Shown here: one piece after another, positions 48,067 to 57,130 of the stretch | How the letters are laid out: each line of letters starts with the position of its first letter | Position numbering within the stretch: the stretch's first letter is position 1 | From: a virus | IMG/VR virus record: IMGVR_UViG_3300045988_098886 | Direction: 5' to 3' (one strand) | Length of the DNA: 64,000 nt | Program-made: the position numbers and the translations under genes | Notes under the pieces: model-generated | What the model was told of the DNA's origin: nothing | Databases searched by the model: none | Seen by the model: only the letters and a program-made list of their open reading frames with translations

Positions 48067-49203
48067 TTATTTATCGTTATTGTTAAGCAGTTTTTCATTC
48101 AAAACTTCCCACACATCTTCATCATAACGAATCTCTATCAATTTTATGTCATTGTCTTTGCAATATTGTCTAACATACTCGTCGCGAGCCTGCTGTTGTT
48201 CAAATTTAAAAGTTCCTCCAAAAGCCATCTCAGGCTCATAATGTTGAATACCATTATATTCAATGAAAGTGTTATGCTCTGGTAAATAAAAATCAATATA
48301 AGCTCTGCCAGAGGTATTAATCTCGTTTGGTATTTGAATAGTATACTCTCTTACAAATTTAATTTTTTCATTTAACAATACATTGCATATTTCTCCTTCT
48401 CCTTTAGAACTAGAACAACTAGGACATCCTTCACCTTGTATATGGGAAGCAGGAGTTTGCCAAAATTCACCATGTTCGGGACATAAAATGCAAATTTTTG
48501 TATGGCTACCTGCATAGTTCACCTTTGAATAATCATATCGTTCTCCGTGAACATATTTGGCGTCTTTTAGAAAGTCATCTAGGGACTTTCTTGTATACTC
48601 ACTATGCTTTTCAGCCGAACACTTGGGACATCCCACATACTTATGAAATTGTCCAGGAAGAACTTCAAAATCACCGTGCTTAGGACATGTTATAGTTACT
48701 TTAGTGTCCCACCCAGTATACACAGTTTTACTATAATCTAATTCTGGGTGGAATTTTTTAAACTCTTGTATATAAGTATCAGTAAACTTTCTAAGCCTTT
48801 CTTCTTCTTTACATTTTAAGCAGCCAACTCCTTTAGATAAGGTGCTAACAAGTGCATTGAATTCTCCATGATTCGGACAAATCAGGGTAACAGAACCTCT
48901 ATTTCCAGTATATCTTACTTTGGAGTAATCATATTTGTCTCCAAATGTATTATATAAACGATTGATAAATTCTTCATTCGATAATCTAAGTTTAGTACTT
49001 TTAGCTAAAGAAGCACACTTATGGCAGCCATCACCTCTCCTAACATGCATTTGAGCTATAACTTCAAAGTCTCCATGCTCTGGACAGGTGACAGTTATTT
49101 TGTTTTGACTGCCAGTATATATAGATTTAGAATAATCATATTTATCCCCATGCTTTTCTTTAGCTCTAGCTATCCATTCTTCGGTGGTGAGCTTTTTGGG
49201 CAT
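48067..49203 (-). CDS. free-standing homing-endonuclease-like protein: four tandem zinc-ribbon repeats plus a C-terminal Vsr/PD-(D/E)xK-like nuclease module
   Basis: Four copies of (K/R)YDYSK..Y.G....I.(I/L)CP.HG(D/E)F..........GC..C. C-terminal RAYIDFYLPEHNTFIEYNGIQH ... IKLIEIRY. Confidence 0.55.
   Translation of the reverse strand: MPKKLTTEEWIARAKEKHGDKYDYSKSIYTGSQNKITVTCPEHGDFEVIAQMHVRRGDGCHKCASLAKSTKLRLSNEEFINRLYNTFGDKYDYSKVRYTGNRGSVTLICPNHGEFNALVSTLSKGVGCLKCKEEERLRKFTDTYIQEFKKFHPELDYSKTVYTGWDTKVTITCPKHGDFEVLPGQFHKYVGCPKCSAEKHSEYTRKSLDDFLKDAKYVHGERYDYSKVNYAGSHTKICILCPEHGEFWQTPASHIQGEGCPSCSSSKGEGEICNVLLNEKIKFVREYTIQIPNEINTSGRAYIDFYLPEHNTFIEYNGIQHYEPEMAFGGTFKFEQQQARDEYVRQYCKDNDIKLIEIRYDEDVWEVLNEKLLNNNDK
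48412..49182 (-). repeat. four in-frame tandem repeats (about 65-69 codons each) encoding the zinc-ribbon modules
   Basis: The first Cys of each CP.HG motif falls at aa 40, 109, 173 and 241 of the 378-aa protein. Confidence 0.7.
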
Positions 49204-50799
49204 TTATTGTAATACAATTCTTCCGTCAATAATTTTTGCTCCATCTACAATTGAATAATCAGTACAAGCCGGAGTATTTCCGAAATTCTTGTGAATCCAT
49301 TCAGAACTTCCGAATAAAGAGCCTACTGATTTATATGTAAACCTACGTCCATAGGTTGTTGCAGATTGATGTAAATCTCCCTTTACGAATACAACCTTAT
49401 TTCCAAATATCTGTTTGTTATCAAGATATTCATTAATAAAGTTCTCTGTCTTTACATCTAAAGTCAGAGGAAGATTCTTAAACATATCCTTATTATCCTT
49501 TCCATGACAGAGGACAAATGTTGTGTCTCCTACATTGAACTCTCCAATGAACTTATCAAAGATTGTACAATCTACACCTTTATGAGTAAGAATTGCTTCT
49601 AAAGCTACATTGGCGGCATATCCAAAATCGCCGTCATGATTTGATTCCCCGACACAGATATACTTCATTTTGTTATAGTTCATGTGGTTTAATGTATCAA
49701 AGAATTCTGCCATACATTCGATAAATGTATGGATTTGTTCTTTATTACACATGTTTTGTGGCAAAGAATGTCCACCACGAGTAGTCTGACCATTATATCC
49801 ATCAAGAGAATCTCCAAGATTACAAATATAGATGTTATTGAATCCTCCATATAAAGCATTCAGTCTGAACAATTCATCAGTAATCAGTCTCAATCGTCTT
49901 TCTACTTCAGCCTTATCATAAGGATTAGAATAGATTGACAGCGAAGATACATATGCTCCAATGTGCATATCTGACAGATAAATGATTATATCTTGTTTAC
50001 CACAAGACTTCTTTGGGACATACTTAGTAAGGTTTGTGAGATTCAATCCATCTAATTCAATATGGATTCCTTCTTCCAGTTTTCTTTTCAATTCAACATT
50101 TTCAAGAGCATATTTCTTAAGAAGAAGTCTATCATTTTTAATGGATTGTTCCTCCATTGTTCTAAGGAAATCATTTTCCTTTTCACGCATTTGCATATTA
50201 ACTAACTCTTCTTGAGTGTGTTCCTCAATAATATGAGGTGCAAATGGAGCTACAGCTTTAGTAATACTGAATACTCGGAGAATACGTTTAAAATCAATAA
50301 GAGAATATTCTGGGAAATATCTACTTACTTCTCTTTGAGTAATAGACATTCCATAATATGAATACATACGATGTATGTTGTTCATTTCATCCCTTGTAAG
50401 TCTTCCTGTAAGAGGGGCCTTGTCCTTTCTTAGAACTTTAAATTCATAGAACTTAATCTTTCCGTCCTCATCACGAATAAGATTAACACTATTTCTATCG
50501 TCGTCTGCTTCAAGTTGGACTTGTTCCAAAGTAGTATCATCAGATACTTGTTCTTCAACCGGCTGTGAGAATATAGAACTCTTATCTTCAAGAGATTTTT
50601 CCCACAATTCATTGATAGCATCCATATCTTCTTTACTTACCATTCCTTCTTTGTAATGATTGGAGATATTTTCATACGTATCTTCAAAATACTTTTTAGG
50701 AAGTTTATTGGCTTTAGTAAAGTCCGACTTTGTAGTTTCTAGTTCAACTAACTGTGATAAACGTGTGATAAAATTAGTAATTGTTTTTTTGTAAATCAT
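49204..50799 (-). CDS. metallophosphoesterase-domain protein with a long N-terminal extension (possible nuclease or phosphodiesterase)
   Basis: The C-terminal half carries YLSDMHIG, LGDSLDG, GESNHDG, CHGKD, GDLHQ in canonical order. Confidence 0.65.
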   Translation of the reverse strand: MIYKKTITNFITRLSQLVELETTKSDFTKANKLPKKYFEDTYENISNHYKEGMVSKEDMDAINELWEKSLEDKSSIFSQPVEEQVSDDTTLEQVQLEADDDRNSVNLIRDEDGKIKFYEFKVLRKDKAPLTGRLTRDEMNNIHRMYSYYGMSITQREVSRYFPEYSLIDFKRILRVFSITKAVAPFAPHIIEEHTQEELVNMQMREKENDFLRTMEEQSIKNDRLLLKKYALENVELKRKLEEGIHIELDGLNLTNLTKYVPKKSCGKQDIIIYLSDMHIGAYVSSLSIYSNPYDKAEVERRLRLITDELFRLNALYGGFNNIYICNLGDSLDGYNGQTTRGGHSLPQNMCNKEQIHTFIECMAEFFDTLNHMNYNKMKYICVGESNHDGDFGYAANVALEAILTHKGVDCTIFDKFIGEFNVGDTTFVLCHGKDNKDMFKNLPLTLDVKTENFINEYLDNKQIFGNKVVFVKGDLHQSATTYGRRFTYKSVGSLFGSSEWIHKNFGNTPACTDYSIVDGAKIIDGRIVLQ

Positions 50800-50844
50800 T
50801 TTTCAATGTTTTAAGTTAAGCTGTTACGCCTTTAAAGTTTATTA

Positions 50845-50885
50845 AAATAAAAAAGGAGTCCGCCTAAATTAATAGACGGACTCCT
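50845..50885 (-). terminator. intrinsic terminator downstream of the 183-aa gene
   Basis: Minus-strand AGGAGUCCG-(14-nt loop)-CGGACUCCU followed by UUUUUUAUUUU. Confidence 0.7.
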
Positions 50886-50910
50886 CTGGGGCTGTATTGA
50901 TACATAGAAA

Positions 50911-51462
50911 TTATGCTACAATACCAAAGCAAAGGTATGTTCCTTTCTTAGCACTCTTAGAAGGAGTATATTCTACCTCAAATGCGATAGGTTCACCTTC
51001 AAGTACTTGTTTTGTGTAAGTGCAAACGATGTCACCTTTATAACCTTTATCAGTGTAAAGGGATTTTGCAATTTCTTTAGCCTTAGCTTTTGTTTCGCTA
51101 GTTTCTGCGATAACAGAGCCAGATTTCTTATCAATTAACTGATAAGTAGTTTTGTACTTTCTCTTACCTTTTTCGTTCTTTACGTCATTTACTTTGTAAG
51201 GACGTTCACGAGTGTCAGCAGCTCCGGCTTCGATTGTAATCATACAACCTGCGTTCTTAACATTCTTAGTGTGTTTTGCAAGATAATCCAGACAGAACTC
51301 TTTGATGTCCTTTTCTGTGATTCCACCTTCGTGGTTTTTCTTCCAATTCTTATACGCCTGAGTTGCGTCTTTCATTACTTCAAATGGTAATTGAGCCTTT
51401 GCTTCTTCTTTAGTAAATGCACATACTTCTAATTTCTGGAAATTCAATACTTGTGTTGCCAT
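50911..51462 (-). CDS. Lys-rich hypothetical protein in its own promoter-to-terminator unit
   Basis: 183-aa ORF flanked by promoters at 51518-51549 and 51627-51657 and by the terminator at 50845-50885. Confidence 0.65.
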   Translation of the reverse strand: MATQVLNFQKLEVCAFTKEEAKAQLPFEVMKDATQAYKNWKKNHEGGITEKDIKEFCLDYLAKHTKNVKNAGCMITIEAGAADTRERPYKVNDVKNEKGKRKYKTTYQLIDKKSGSVIAETSETKAKAKEIAKSLYTDKGYKGDIVCTYTKQVLEGEPIAFEVEYTPSKSAKKGTYLCFGIVA

Positions 51463-51517
51463 AATTCAAAAAATTTTTTAAACATTATTCTTATTAATCA
51501 TCTTCTATTTATTGTTA

Positions 51518-51549
51518 CAAAGATAGTCATTTTTCTGTAACTTACCAAA
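51518..51549 (-). promoter_or_regulatory. Bacteroides-type promoter (proximal) for the 183-aa gene
   Basis: Minus strand: TTTG (51549-51546), 20 nt, TATCTTTG (51525-51518). The -33 element lies inside the palindrome TTACCAAA-CTTA-TTTGGTAA (51542-51561). Confidence 0.55.
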
Positions 51550-51626
51550 TAAGTTTGGTAAACAAATCTTAATAAAGTATAATCTAATTCTTGAATTATC
51601 TATTATGTTCTTCCGAAGAAGTGATA

Positions 51627-51657
51627 CAAAGATACTACATTTTTTCGAGGTTGCAAA
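51627..51657 (-). promoter_or_regulatory. Bacteroides-type promoter (distal) in the same intergenic region
   Basis: Minus strand: TTTG (51657-51654), 19 nt, TATCTTTG (51634-51627). Confidence 0.5.
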
Positions 51658-51693
51658 ACCTCACTTGTTAAAAAGTGTGAAAATAAATTTATA

Positions 51694-51918
51694 TCAAATT
51701 TCTTCTTTAGAGTTTGGAGGAAAGCAAAAATTGTTGTGGCACATTTGCTTCCAAGTGTCCTCACTTTCCTCGTAGAATTTATCCACTACTTTATCATCAC
51801 GCCTTTCCATAAGACCAGCAGCCCATAAGAGCTGGTGAAATCTCATCTCTGGATGCTCTGCCATCAAATTTGTCAATTTAAATATGATAGCTTTATTATA
51901 CATCAATCTTTGTGTCAT
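51694..51918 (-). CDS. hypothetical protein
   Basis: 74-aa ORF with an ATG start. Confidence 0.5.
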   Translation of the reverse strand: MTQRLMYNKAIIFKLTNLMAEHPEMRFHQLLWAAGLMERRDDKVVDKFYEESEDTWKQMCHNNFCFPPNSKEEI

Positions 51919-51920
51919 GA

Positions 51921-52283
51921 TTAAAATGGTAAATATTCGTGAAGTATCTTTCCAATCTGTTTTGCCATCTCGGCTGGAGTTTTAATTCCAAATGTGGGGA
52001 ACTCTGTACAGCCATACATAAAGTCCTCACACATAATAGCAAGCCCCTTTATAAACTTCTCTGGAAGGGGGTCTTTAGCAGTAATCTGCATTAATATCTT
52101 ATAAGGAGTGATATCTGGCTTTTGCTGTTTGGCTTTCATAGTCAAATGGCAAGTCAGAGCAATCACTGCAAACTTATTATTGACGTCAACATTCAAATAT
52201 CCGAGAGAAAAATTCTCGTTATAAATGTCTTTCATTTCTTCATACGTCATATCGTAATATTCCATTAAATAGGTGTCTCCCAT
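51921..52283 (-). CDS. hypothetical protein
   Basis: 120-aa ORF; the alternative ATG 52265 would give a TAATG junction with the upstream stop. Confidence 0.5.
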   Translation of the reverse strand: MGDTYLMEYYDMTYEEMKDIYNENFSLGYLNVDVNNKFAVIALTCHLTMKAKQQKPDITPYKILMQITAKDPLPEKFIKGLAIMCEDFMYGCTEFPTFGIKTPAEMAKQIGKILHEYLPF

Positions 52284-53299
52284 GGATTTACTGTATAAAA
52301 TGCAACCATGCGCAGTAATTTAGTAAATTCTGCAAATCCTCTTAACATTTCTTTCTTTGTGACTTTATATACTCCAGCAAAGTAATTGGGAACTGTAGAT
52401 ATTAATAACATATTAGCTTTCATATCTGGATTTTTAAGTCCATATATCTTTTCAGCAGCCAACATTAACATCCAACCATACATTCCCATTTGTCGATAGT
52501 AGTGATATTGTTCCCAACTTTCACTAAATCGAGTCAAATAATGACCAGTAGTTTTTAAGTCATTCAATGTGATAAGGTTCTCATCCGGACATATTGTGTA
52601 ATTATCCAGTTTAGCCTTTAGCTTTAATATGAACGGCTCATGTTCAGGCACACTTACTTCAACATCAATCAAAACCGCTTGTTCATTTAAAGACATAGGT
52701 GGAGTCATTATATAAGAAGGGTTTAACAAAGACTGTATCTCTGTATTTCTTCTTGCTGAATCCAAACAGGCTTGTAACCTTTCCCTTGATTTAGCATCCA
52801 AATAAATTGGAGTTCTAGCTTTATCAAAACTATCTCCATATTCGTATGTCTTACGTTGTACGAAGTAGTCATCACATTTAATTCTAAGGGTTTCTATCCT
52901 TTCTTCTGTCATTTTCCCTTTGTAGTAGTCAATTTTATCAGACGCGGCTATAATATCATCTTCTGTGACTACACCATTTTTACAAAATGTAGGATAGAGT
53001 TCATCAGCCATAAATCCTGCTTTTGCTGTCGGTCTATCAACCGATTCTACTAAGACAAAATCATTAGGCTGTAATATTAACTCATGAACAGCAGAACCAA
53101 ACACTAGAGAATCGGAATAGATAGTTTTTATTCCTTCGAAATATAATTTAGGAGACCCTCCTTGTTCAGGGTTTATATATTTAAGTCTCGAATTACTGAT
53201 ATAATCTCTATATCCATTTCCGAAATACTCATCATCACTGATGTCAAGTATTCGGAGTGTTTCTACAAGGGGACGTAACTTAATATCCTCAAGCTTCAT
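52265..53299 (-). CDS. RecE/RecB-family PD-(D/E)xK exonuclease
   Basis: FGSAVHELILQP, LKAKLDNY (D), LITLNDLKTTG (DxK), YYRQMGMYG (QxxxY). Confidence 0.65.
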   Translation of the reverse strand: MKLEDIKLRPLVETLRILDISDDEYFGNGYRDYISNSRLKYINPEQGGSPKLYFEGIKTIYSDSLVFGSAVHELILQPNDFVLVESVDRPTAKAGFMADELYPTFCKNGVVTEDDIIAASDKIDYYKGKMTEERIETLRIKCDDYFVQRKTYEYGDSFDKARTPIYLDAKSRERLQACLDSARRNTEIQSLLNPSYIMTPPMSLNEQAVLIDVEVSVPEHEPFILKLKAKLDNYTICPDENLITLNDLKTTGHYLTRFSESWEQYHYYRQMGMYGWMLMLAAEKIYGLKNPDMKANMLLISTVPNYFAGVYKVTKKEMLRGFAEFTKLLRMVAFYTVNPWETPI

Positions 53300-53519
53300 T
53301 TACCTGTAACTCAAGTTTATAGGTTGCATTGGGAGCATCTAATTCATCAGCGGATTCATATACATACATAAGTCCTTCTTCGAAGTTCATATCAATACAA
53401 TATACTTTGTCTCCCGCTTTATATTTACCAATGTCCTTGATAAATACACAATTCATAAAAGCTATAAAAAGATTATCGCATAGGTCCCAACTTCCCCAAG
53501 TAAATAATTGTTTTTCCAT
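53289..53519 (-). CDS. hypothetical protein
   Basis: 76-aa ORF with an 11-nt overlap downstream and a 1-nt junction upstream. Confidence 0.5.
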   Translation of the reverse strand: MEKQLFTWGSWDLCDNLFIAFMNCVFIKDIGKYKAGDKVYCIDMNFEEGLMYVYESADELDAPNATYKLELQVNEA

Positions 53520-54028
53520 TAACCGTAGGTTTTCATAAAGCAGTAGGCATCCATAATTTCGTCCTTACAAAGAGAGAAAACCTTATACATAGGAAAGTCA
53601 GAAGTTCTTTCAGTGTGATATACCAATGCAGGAAGTCCTGAATTGTGACATTTCAGTACATTACTAATTGAATCGTCTATAAATACATCAACTTTACCTT
53701 TAATCATATCAGCTTTATTGCCATGCTGATAGACCATTTGATAAATTGGAGCTTTAGGGAATCCATTCATCTCCAACCACTTCTTAGTCCATTCTTTGTT
53801 ATTTACTCTCTTTGTGCAATACAGAGCTGGCTGGAAATCCGGCATATTAATAACCTTCAAACCAAGCCAGAAATCTCTGTCTTTGGATAATACCTGCTGC
53901 ACGTTTTTAGTAATTATACTATCTTCGAGCATACGTGGATTATTCTTTGTATCAAAATACTCACAATATGCTCCCCAAAAGTCGGCTAGACAATCGTCAA
54001 TGTCCAGTCCAATTCTAAATCTCTTCAT
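53519..54028 (-). CDS. 5'(3')-deoxyribonucleotidase (HAD, NT5C-like)
   Basis: RIGLDIDDCLADF (DxDxx nucleophile motif) and later VFIDDS. Confidence 0.65.
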   Translation of the reverse strand: MKRFRIGLDIDDCLADFWGAYCEYFDTKNNPRMLEDSIITKNVQQVLSKDRDFWLGLKVINMPDFQPALYCTKRVNNKEWTKKWLEMNGFPKAPIYQMVYQHGNKADMIKGKVDVFIDDSISNVLKCHNSGLPALVYHTERTSDFPMYKVFSLCKDEIMDAYCFMKTYG

Positions 54029-54045
54029 GTAAAAATTTAATTCGT

Positions 54046-54258
54046 TTATAAAGCGTCTATATCAATGACATCGCCTACTTGAGCATTAGCTGCTTCAACG
54101 ATATCAACAAACTCATTCCAATCTCCAGGATAATCTAAATCCCAGAGATTTACATAAGTTTCAATGATTTTATCCTTAGCTTCCTGAAGACTTCTGGCTG
54201 TAACTTTTTCAATCCAGACGCTATCAGATGTGCCAAAAGGAACTACGTATGTGTTCAT
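54046..54258 (-). CDS. hypothetical protein
   Basis: 70-aa ORF with a 4-nt overlap with the ARH end. Confidence 0.5.
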   Translation of the reverse strand: MNTYVVPFGTSDSVWIEKVTARSLQEAKDKIIETYVNLWDLDYPGDWNEFVDIVEAANAQVGDVIDIDAL

Positions 54259-55058
54259 TCACAAACATCATCAAAGGTTTCAATAATATCAATCATCTCC
54301 TCTGGAAGAACATCCCATACTTGGTCAAAGATAGTTTGTGGCATTTTTTCGTAATAAGCATAAGCAATACTTCCAGCCATAGCTGCAATAGTATCACTAT
54401 CTCCGCCCATAGAAATAGCCAGTTTCAAACAATCTTCATAGTCTTCAGATTCCAGAAATGCAAGCAAAGCAATTGGAACGCTGCCTTGACAAGTAGAGTC
54501 AAAATGGTATCCCGGGCGAATTTCATCAAGAGTTTTTTCGGTATACTCAGGATAATAGTTATCCAAAACGTACCAAATTTGATTCTTAGTAATAGAATCA
54601 TGCTTGGCTCGATAAATAGCTAGTGCGATAGCTTGAGCGCCCTTTACTCCCTCTGGGTCATTATGAGAACACAGGGCAGAATTCTTGGCAAGTTCAAGAC
54701 ATTCTTTTGCGTTATGCGCATAGAATCCAACAGGACTAACACGCATAGCAGAACCATTTCCATAACTTCCATAAGGAACAGGATTATCTATCCATTTACG
54801 GAACATTCCTCCATATCCTCTATTGGGATGTTTCTTACACATTTCCTGAATACATTCTCCAAATTGCTCCGGAGTAGGATTCTTGTATTTCAAAATAGCA
54901 TTTGCTACTCCAATAGTACAAACTGTATCATCAGTAAAATCATTACCTGTTCTTACTAAACGAACAGCTTCATACAGTTTTGTTCTTCCAAATTTTGCTT
55001 CATAGGAGGAACCGCAGACATCTCCTGCGATTGCTCCAAATAGTACATAGTCCATCAT
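54255..55058 (-). CDS. ADP-ribosylglycohydrolase (ARH/DraG family)
   Basis: N-terminal GAIAGDVCGSSYE and C-terminal MGGDSDTIAAMAGSIAYAYY blocks, typical of the family. Confidence 0.8.
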   Translation of the reverse strand: MMDYVLFGAIAGDVCGSSYEAKFGRTKLYEAVRLVRTGNDFTDDTVCTIGVANAILKYKNPTPEQFGECIQEMCKKHPNRGYGGMFRKWIDNPVPYGSYGNGSAMRVSPVGFYAHNAKECLELAKNSALCSHNDPEGVKGAQAIALAIYRAKHDSITKNQIWYVLDNYYPEYTEKTLDEIRPGYHFDSTCQGSVPIALLAFLESEDYEDCLKLAISMGGDSDTIAAMAGSIAYAYYEKMPQTIFDQVWDVLPEEMIDIIETFDDVCE

Positions 55059-55360
55059 TGATAATTGGCTGAGTTTTTAATAGTTATTTCTTTGTTGTAG
55101 AAATTGAATCCTTCGGGAGTCCCAAAATCTGTTAATGAAAAACAGTTGTCTATTGCTCCTTCAAAAATTTCGTCATCCGCGTCTTTGTTAAACACTTTAA
55201 CAATTATTCCTTTAAAACTCTTAAGTGATGGCTCTATTGCGAGAACAACGTAATCGTAACCATGACAGGCATACCTAAGAAGGCATGGATAAGGAAGTGT
55301 TTCAGACGTTATAGTAGATGTAATTTTTACGCCCTCTATTTTAGGAGTTGATTTAATCAT
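55055..55360 (-). CDS. hypothetical protein
   Basis: 101-aa ORF with 4-nt overlaps to both ARH and the radical SAM gene. Confidence 0.5.
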   Translation of the reverse strand: MIKSTPKIEGVKITSTITSETLPYPCLLRYACHGYDYVVLAIEPSLKSFKGIIVKVFNKDADDEIFEGAIDNCFSLTDFGTPEGFNFYNKEITIKNSANYQ

Positions 55361-56277
55361 AATTCAATTGTTTTAATTGGATTTAAGTTAAATGAACTTG
55401 GGGTTATTTGAACTTTATCCTTTGTAAGAATTACATTCTTACTTAAAGATTCAGGCGGATAAAGATAAGTAGGAATCCTTGAGTTTTCCAAATACTTACA
55501 AAAGTGTGCTCCAAATGCAACATTAGTTACATTCTCCTCAAGAATTTTCTCTTCGAGATATTCAAACACTCCTTCGTCAAGTCCTTTTGAACTTCTACCA
55601 GAAGGCATTAACGGCAATAGAACATGATACTTAATATCACTACCATAGCGTTTCCACTCTTTAATAAAATCATCAACAGAGTCTTTGGCAGAAATAATGT
55701 GATGGATATTCACATTGGTATCACCCATTGTAATTAAGTTGACAATAGCCATATCAGCATTCCTTTTTAATGCTTTATTGCCAAGACTTACTGCCACTCC
55801 ACCAACAAAGTTCCGAGTATACTCAAGCAATTCTCTACTAGTTTTAATATTGGACAGTGTAATACCGTTAGTAGTGTAATTAGGAACCACTCCAGTATTA
55901 TACACAGTTTCCAAGAACTTACAAAAGTCTGGATGAATGGTAGGTTCACCAGTAGAACCGATAGCAATTTGGAATGGCTTGCTGGTAAATACTGTTCCAT
56001 CTTTTACTTCAGATTGGTACATGTACATCCATTTCTTCCATGTTTCACAAATGTCGGGATAATTTATTCCTTTGTGTGAAGCACTTACATAACAAAAGGG
56101 ACACTCTGCATTACACAGTGTATTAATTCCAACATCATAAAATTCAGCCATATCAGCAGGAAGTTCTTTAGCAACTCCACTACCAAGTCTGATTGTTTTA
56201 AGATTGAACCACAGTGCATTGTAATTATATGCGGGGAACATTCTCTTCTTGGCACCCCAATGTTTAAAATCTTTCAT
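55357..56277 (-). CDS. radical SAM enzyme of unassigned subfamily
   Basis: CNAECPFCY (CxxxCxxC), GSTGEPT (GGE-like SAM motif), TTNG. No C-terminal Cys-rich SPASM-like region is visible. Confidence 0.75.
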   Translation of the reverse strand: MKDFKHWGAKKRMFPAYNYNALWFNLKTIRLGSGVAKELPADMAEFYDVGINTLCNAECPFCYVSASHKGINYPDICETWKKWMYMYQSEVKDGTVFTSKPFQIAIGSTGEPTIHPDFCKFLETVYNTGVVPNYTTNGITLSNIKTSRELLEYTRNFVGGVAVSLGNKALKRNADMAIVNLITMGDTNVNIHHIISAKDSVDDFIKEWKRYGSDIKYHVLLPLMPSGRSSKGLDEGVFEYLEEKILEENVTNVAFGAHFCKYLENSRIPTYLYPPESLSKNVILTKDKVQITPSSFNLNPIKTIEL

Positions 56278-56288
56278 CTTATTCTTTA

Positions 56289-56813
56289 TTAATTTCGTTC
56301 GTTTTCGGGAAGTTTATTCCATTCTGAATATCCAACAAGTTCAACAATTCTCTTAGTCTCTGGGTCTATTCTGCAATAGCCAGTACAACCTATGACATTG
56401 AGATTGTTGATTATCCATTGAATTGTGCCTCTTCTGGCATCATCAATATCAATCCAGAGACGCTTTTCCAGTTCTTCAATAGACTCTTTAAACATAAGAG
56501 AGTATATTTCTTTGGTAAAGAACTCTCTTTTATTCTCTGGAATTTCATCGAACTTGTAACGATTGTATGAATCATCGAATGTCAGTATTTCCAATTCTCC
56601 ACCCATTCCAGAAGAAGAATCATACTTATTCATTTCCTCATCAGAGAGTTTTTCCCATTCCTTCCAAGAACCTTTAAAATAGTTCTTGTCAGCAATTTCA
56701 ATAATAAGCTGCTTGAGCTCACTGATAGGCATTTCTGCCTTAACAGTGAACACTTCAGAGCTTGAATTTGTAATGATGTCTGATACAGACTGCAAATCTA
56801 TTCCTATTCTCAT
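56289..56813 (-). CDS. paralog 1 of the QSxSDxITNSSSExF N-terminal-tag family
   Basis: MRIGIDLQSVSDIITNSSSEVF; the motif is encoded at 56748-56792; the C-terminal region is divergent. Confidence 0.65.
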   Translation of the reverse strand: MRIGIDLQSVSDIITNSSSEVFTVKAEMPISELKQLIIEIADKNYFKGSWKEWEKLSDEEMNKYDSSSGMGGELEILTFDDSYNRYKFDEIPENKREFFTKEIYSLMFKESIEELEKRLWIDIDDARRGTIQWIINNLNVIGCTGYCRIDPETKRIVELVGYSEWNKLPENERN

Positions 56814-57124
56814 ACTATTATTGTATAGTTGTCTTCTCCAAATTTCTCCTTTAGAATCGCTCTAATTCCAGCTTCGTAGAATGTTTCAAAGTCCTCAATT
56901 CCATAAGGAACTTCAAGAGATATAGAATATTCACCGTCTTCGGTATATTCCCACACTCCAGGAGACATTTCGTAATCATTTCCAGGAAATAGTTCTTGCA
57001 TGACTTTATATATCTCATTATGAGTCTTTTCGTCTTTAGAATCTATCCTAAGAAATACTTCCGAGCTCGAATTAGTGATAATATCAGAGAGTGATTGAAC
57101 TTTAAATGTTATTTTAAGCTTCAT
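56810..57124 (-). CDS. paralog 2 of the N-terminal-tag family
   Basis: MKLKITFKVQSLSDIITNSSSEVF; the motif is encoded at 57053-57097. Confidence 0.65.
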   Translation of the reverse strand: MKLKITFKVQSLSDIITNSSSEVFLRIDSKDEKTHNEIYKVMQELFPGNDYEMSPGVWEYTEDGEYSISLEVPYGIEDFETFYEAGIRAILKEKFGEDNYTIIV

Positions 57125-57130
57125 AATTTT

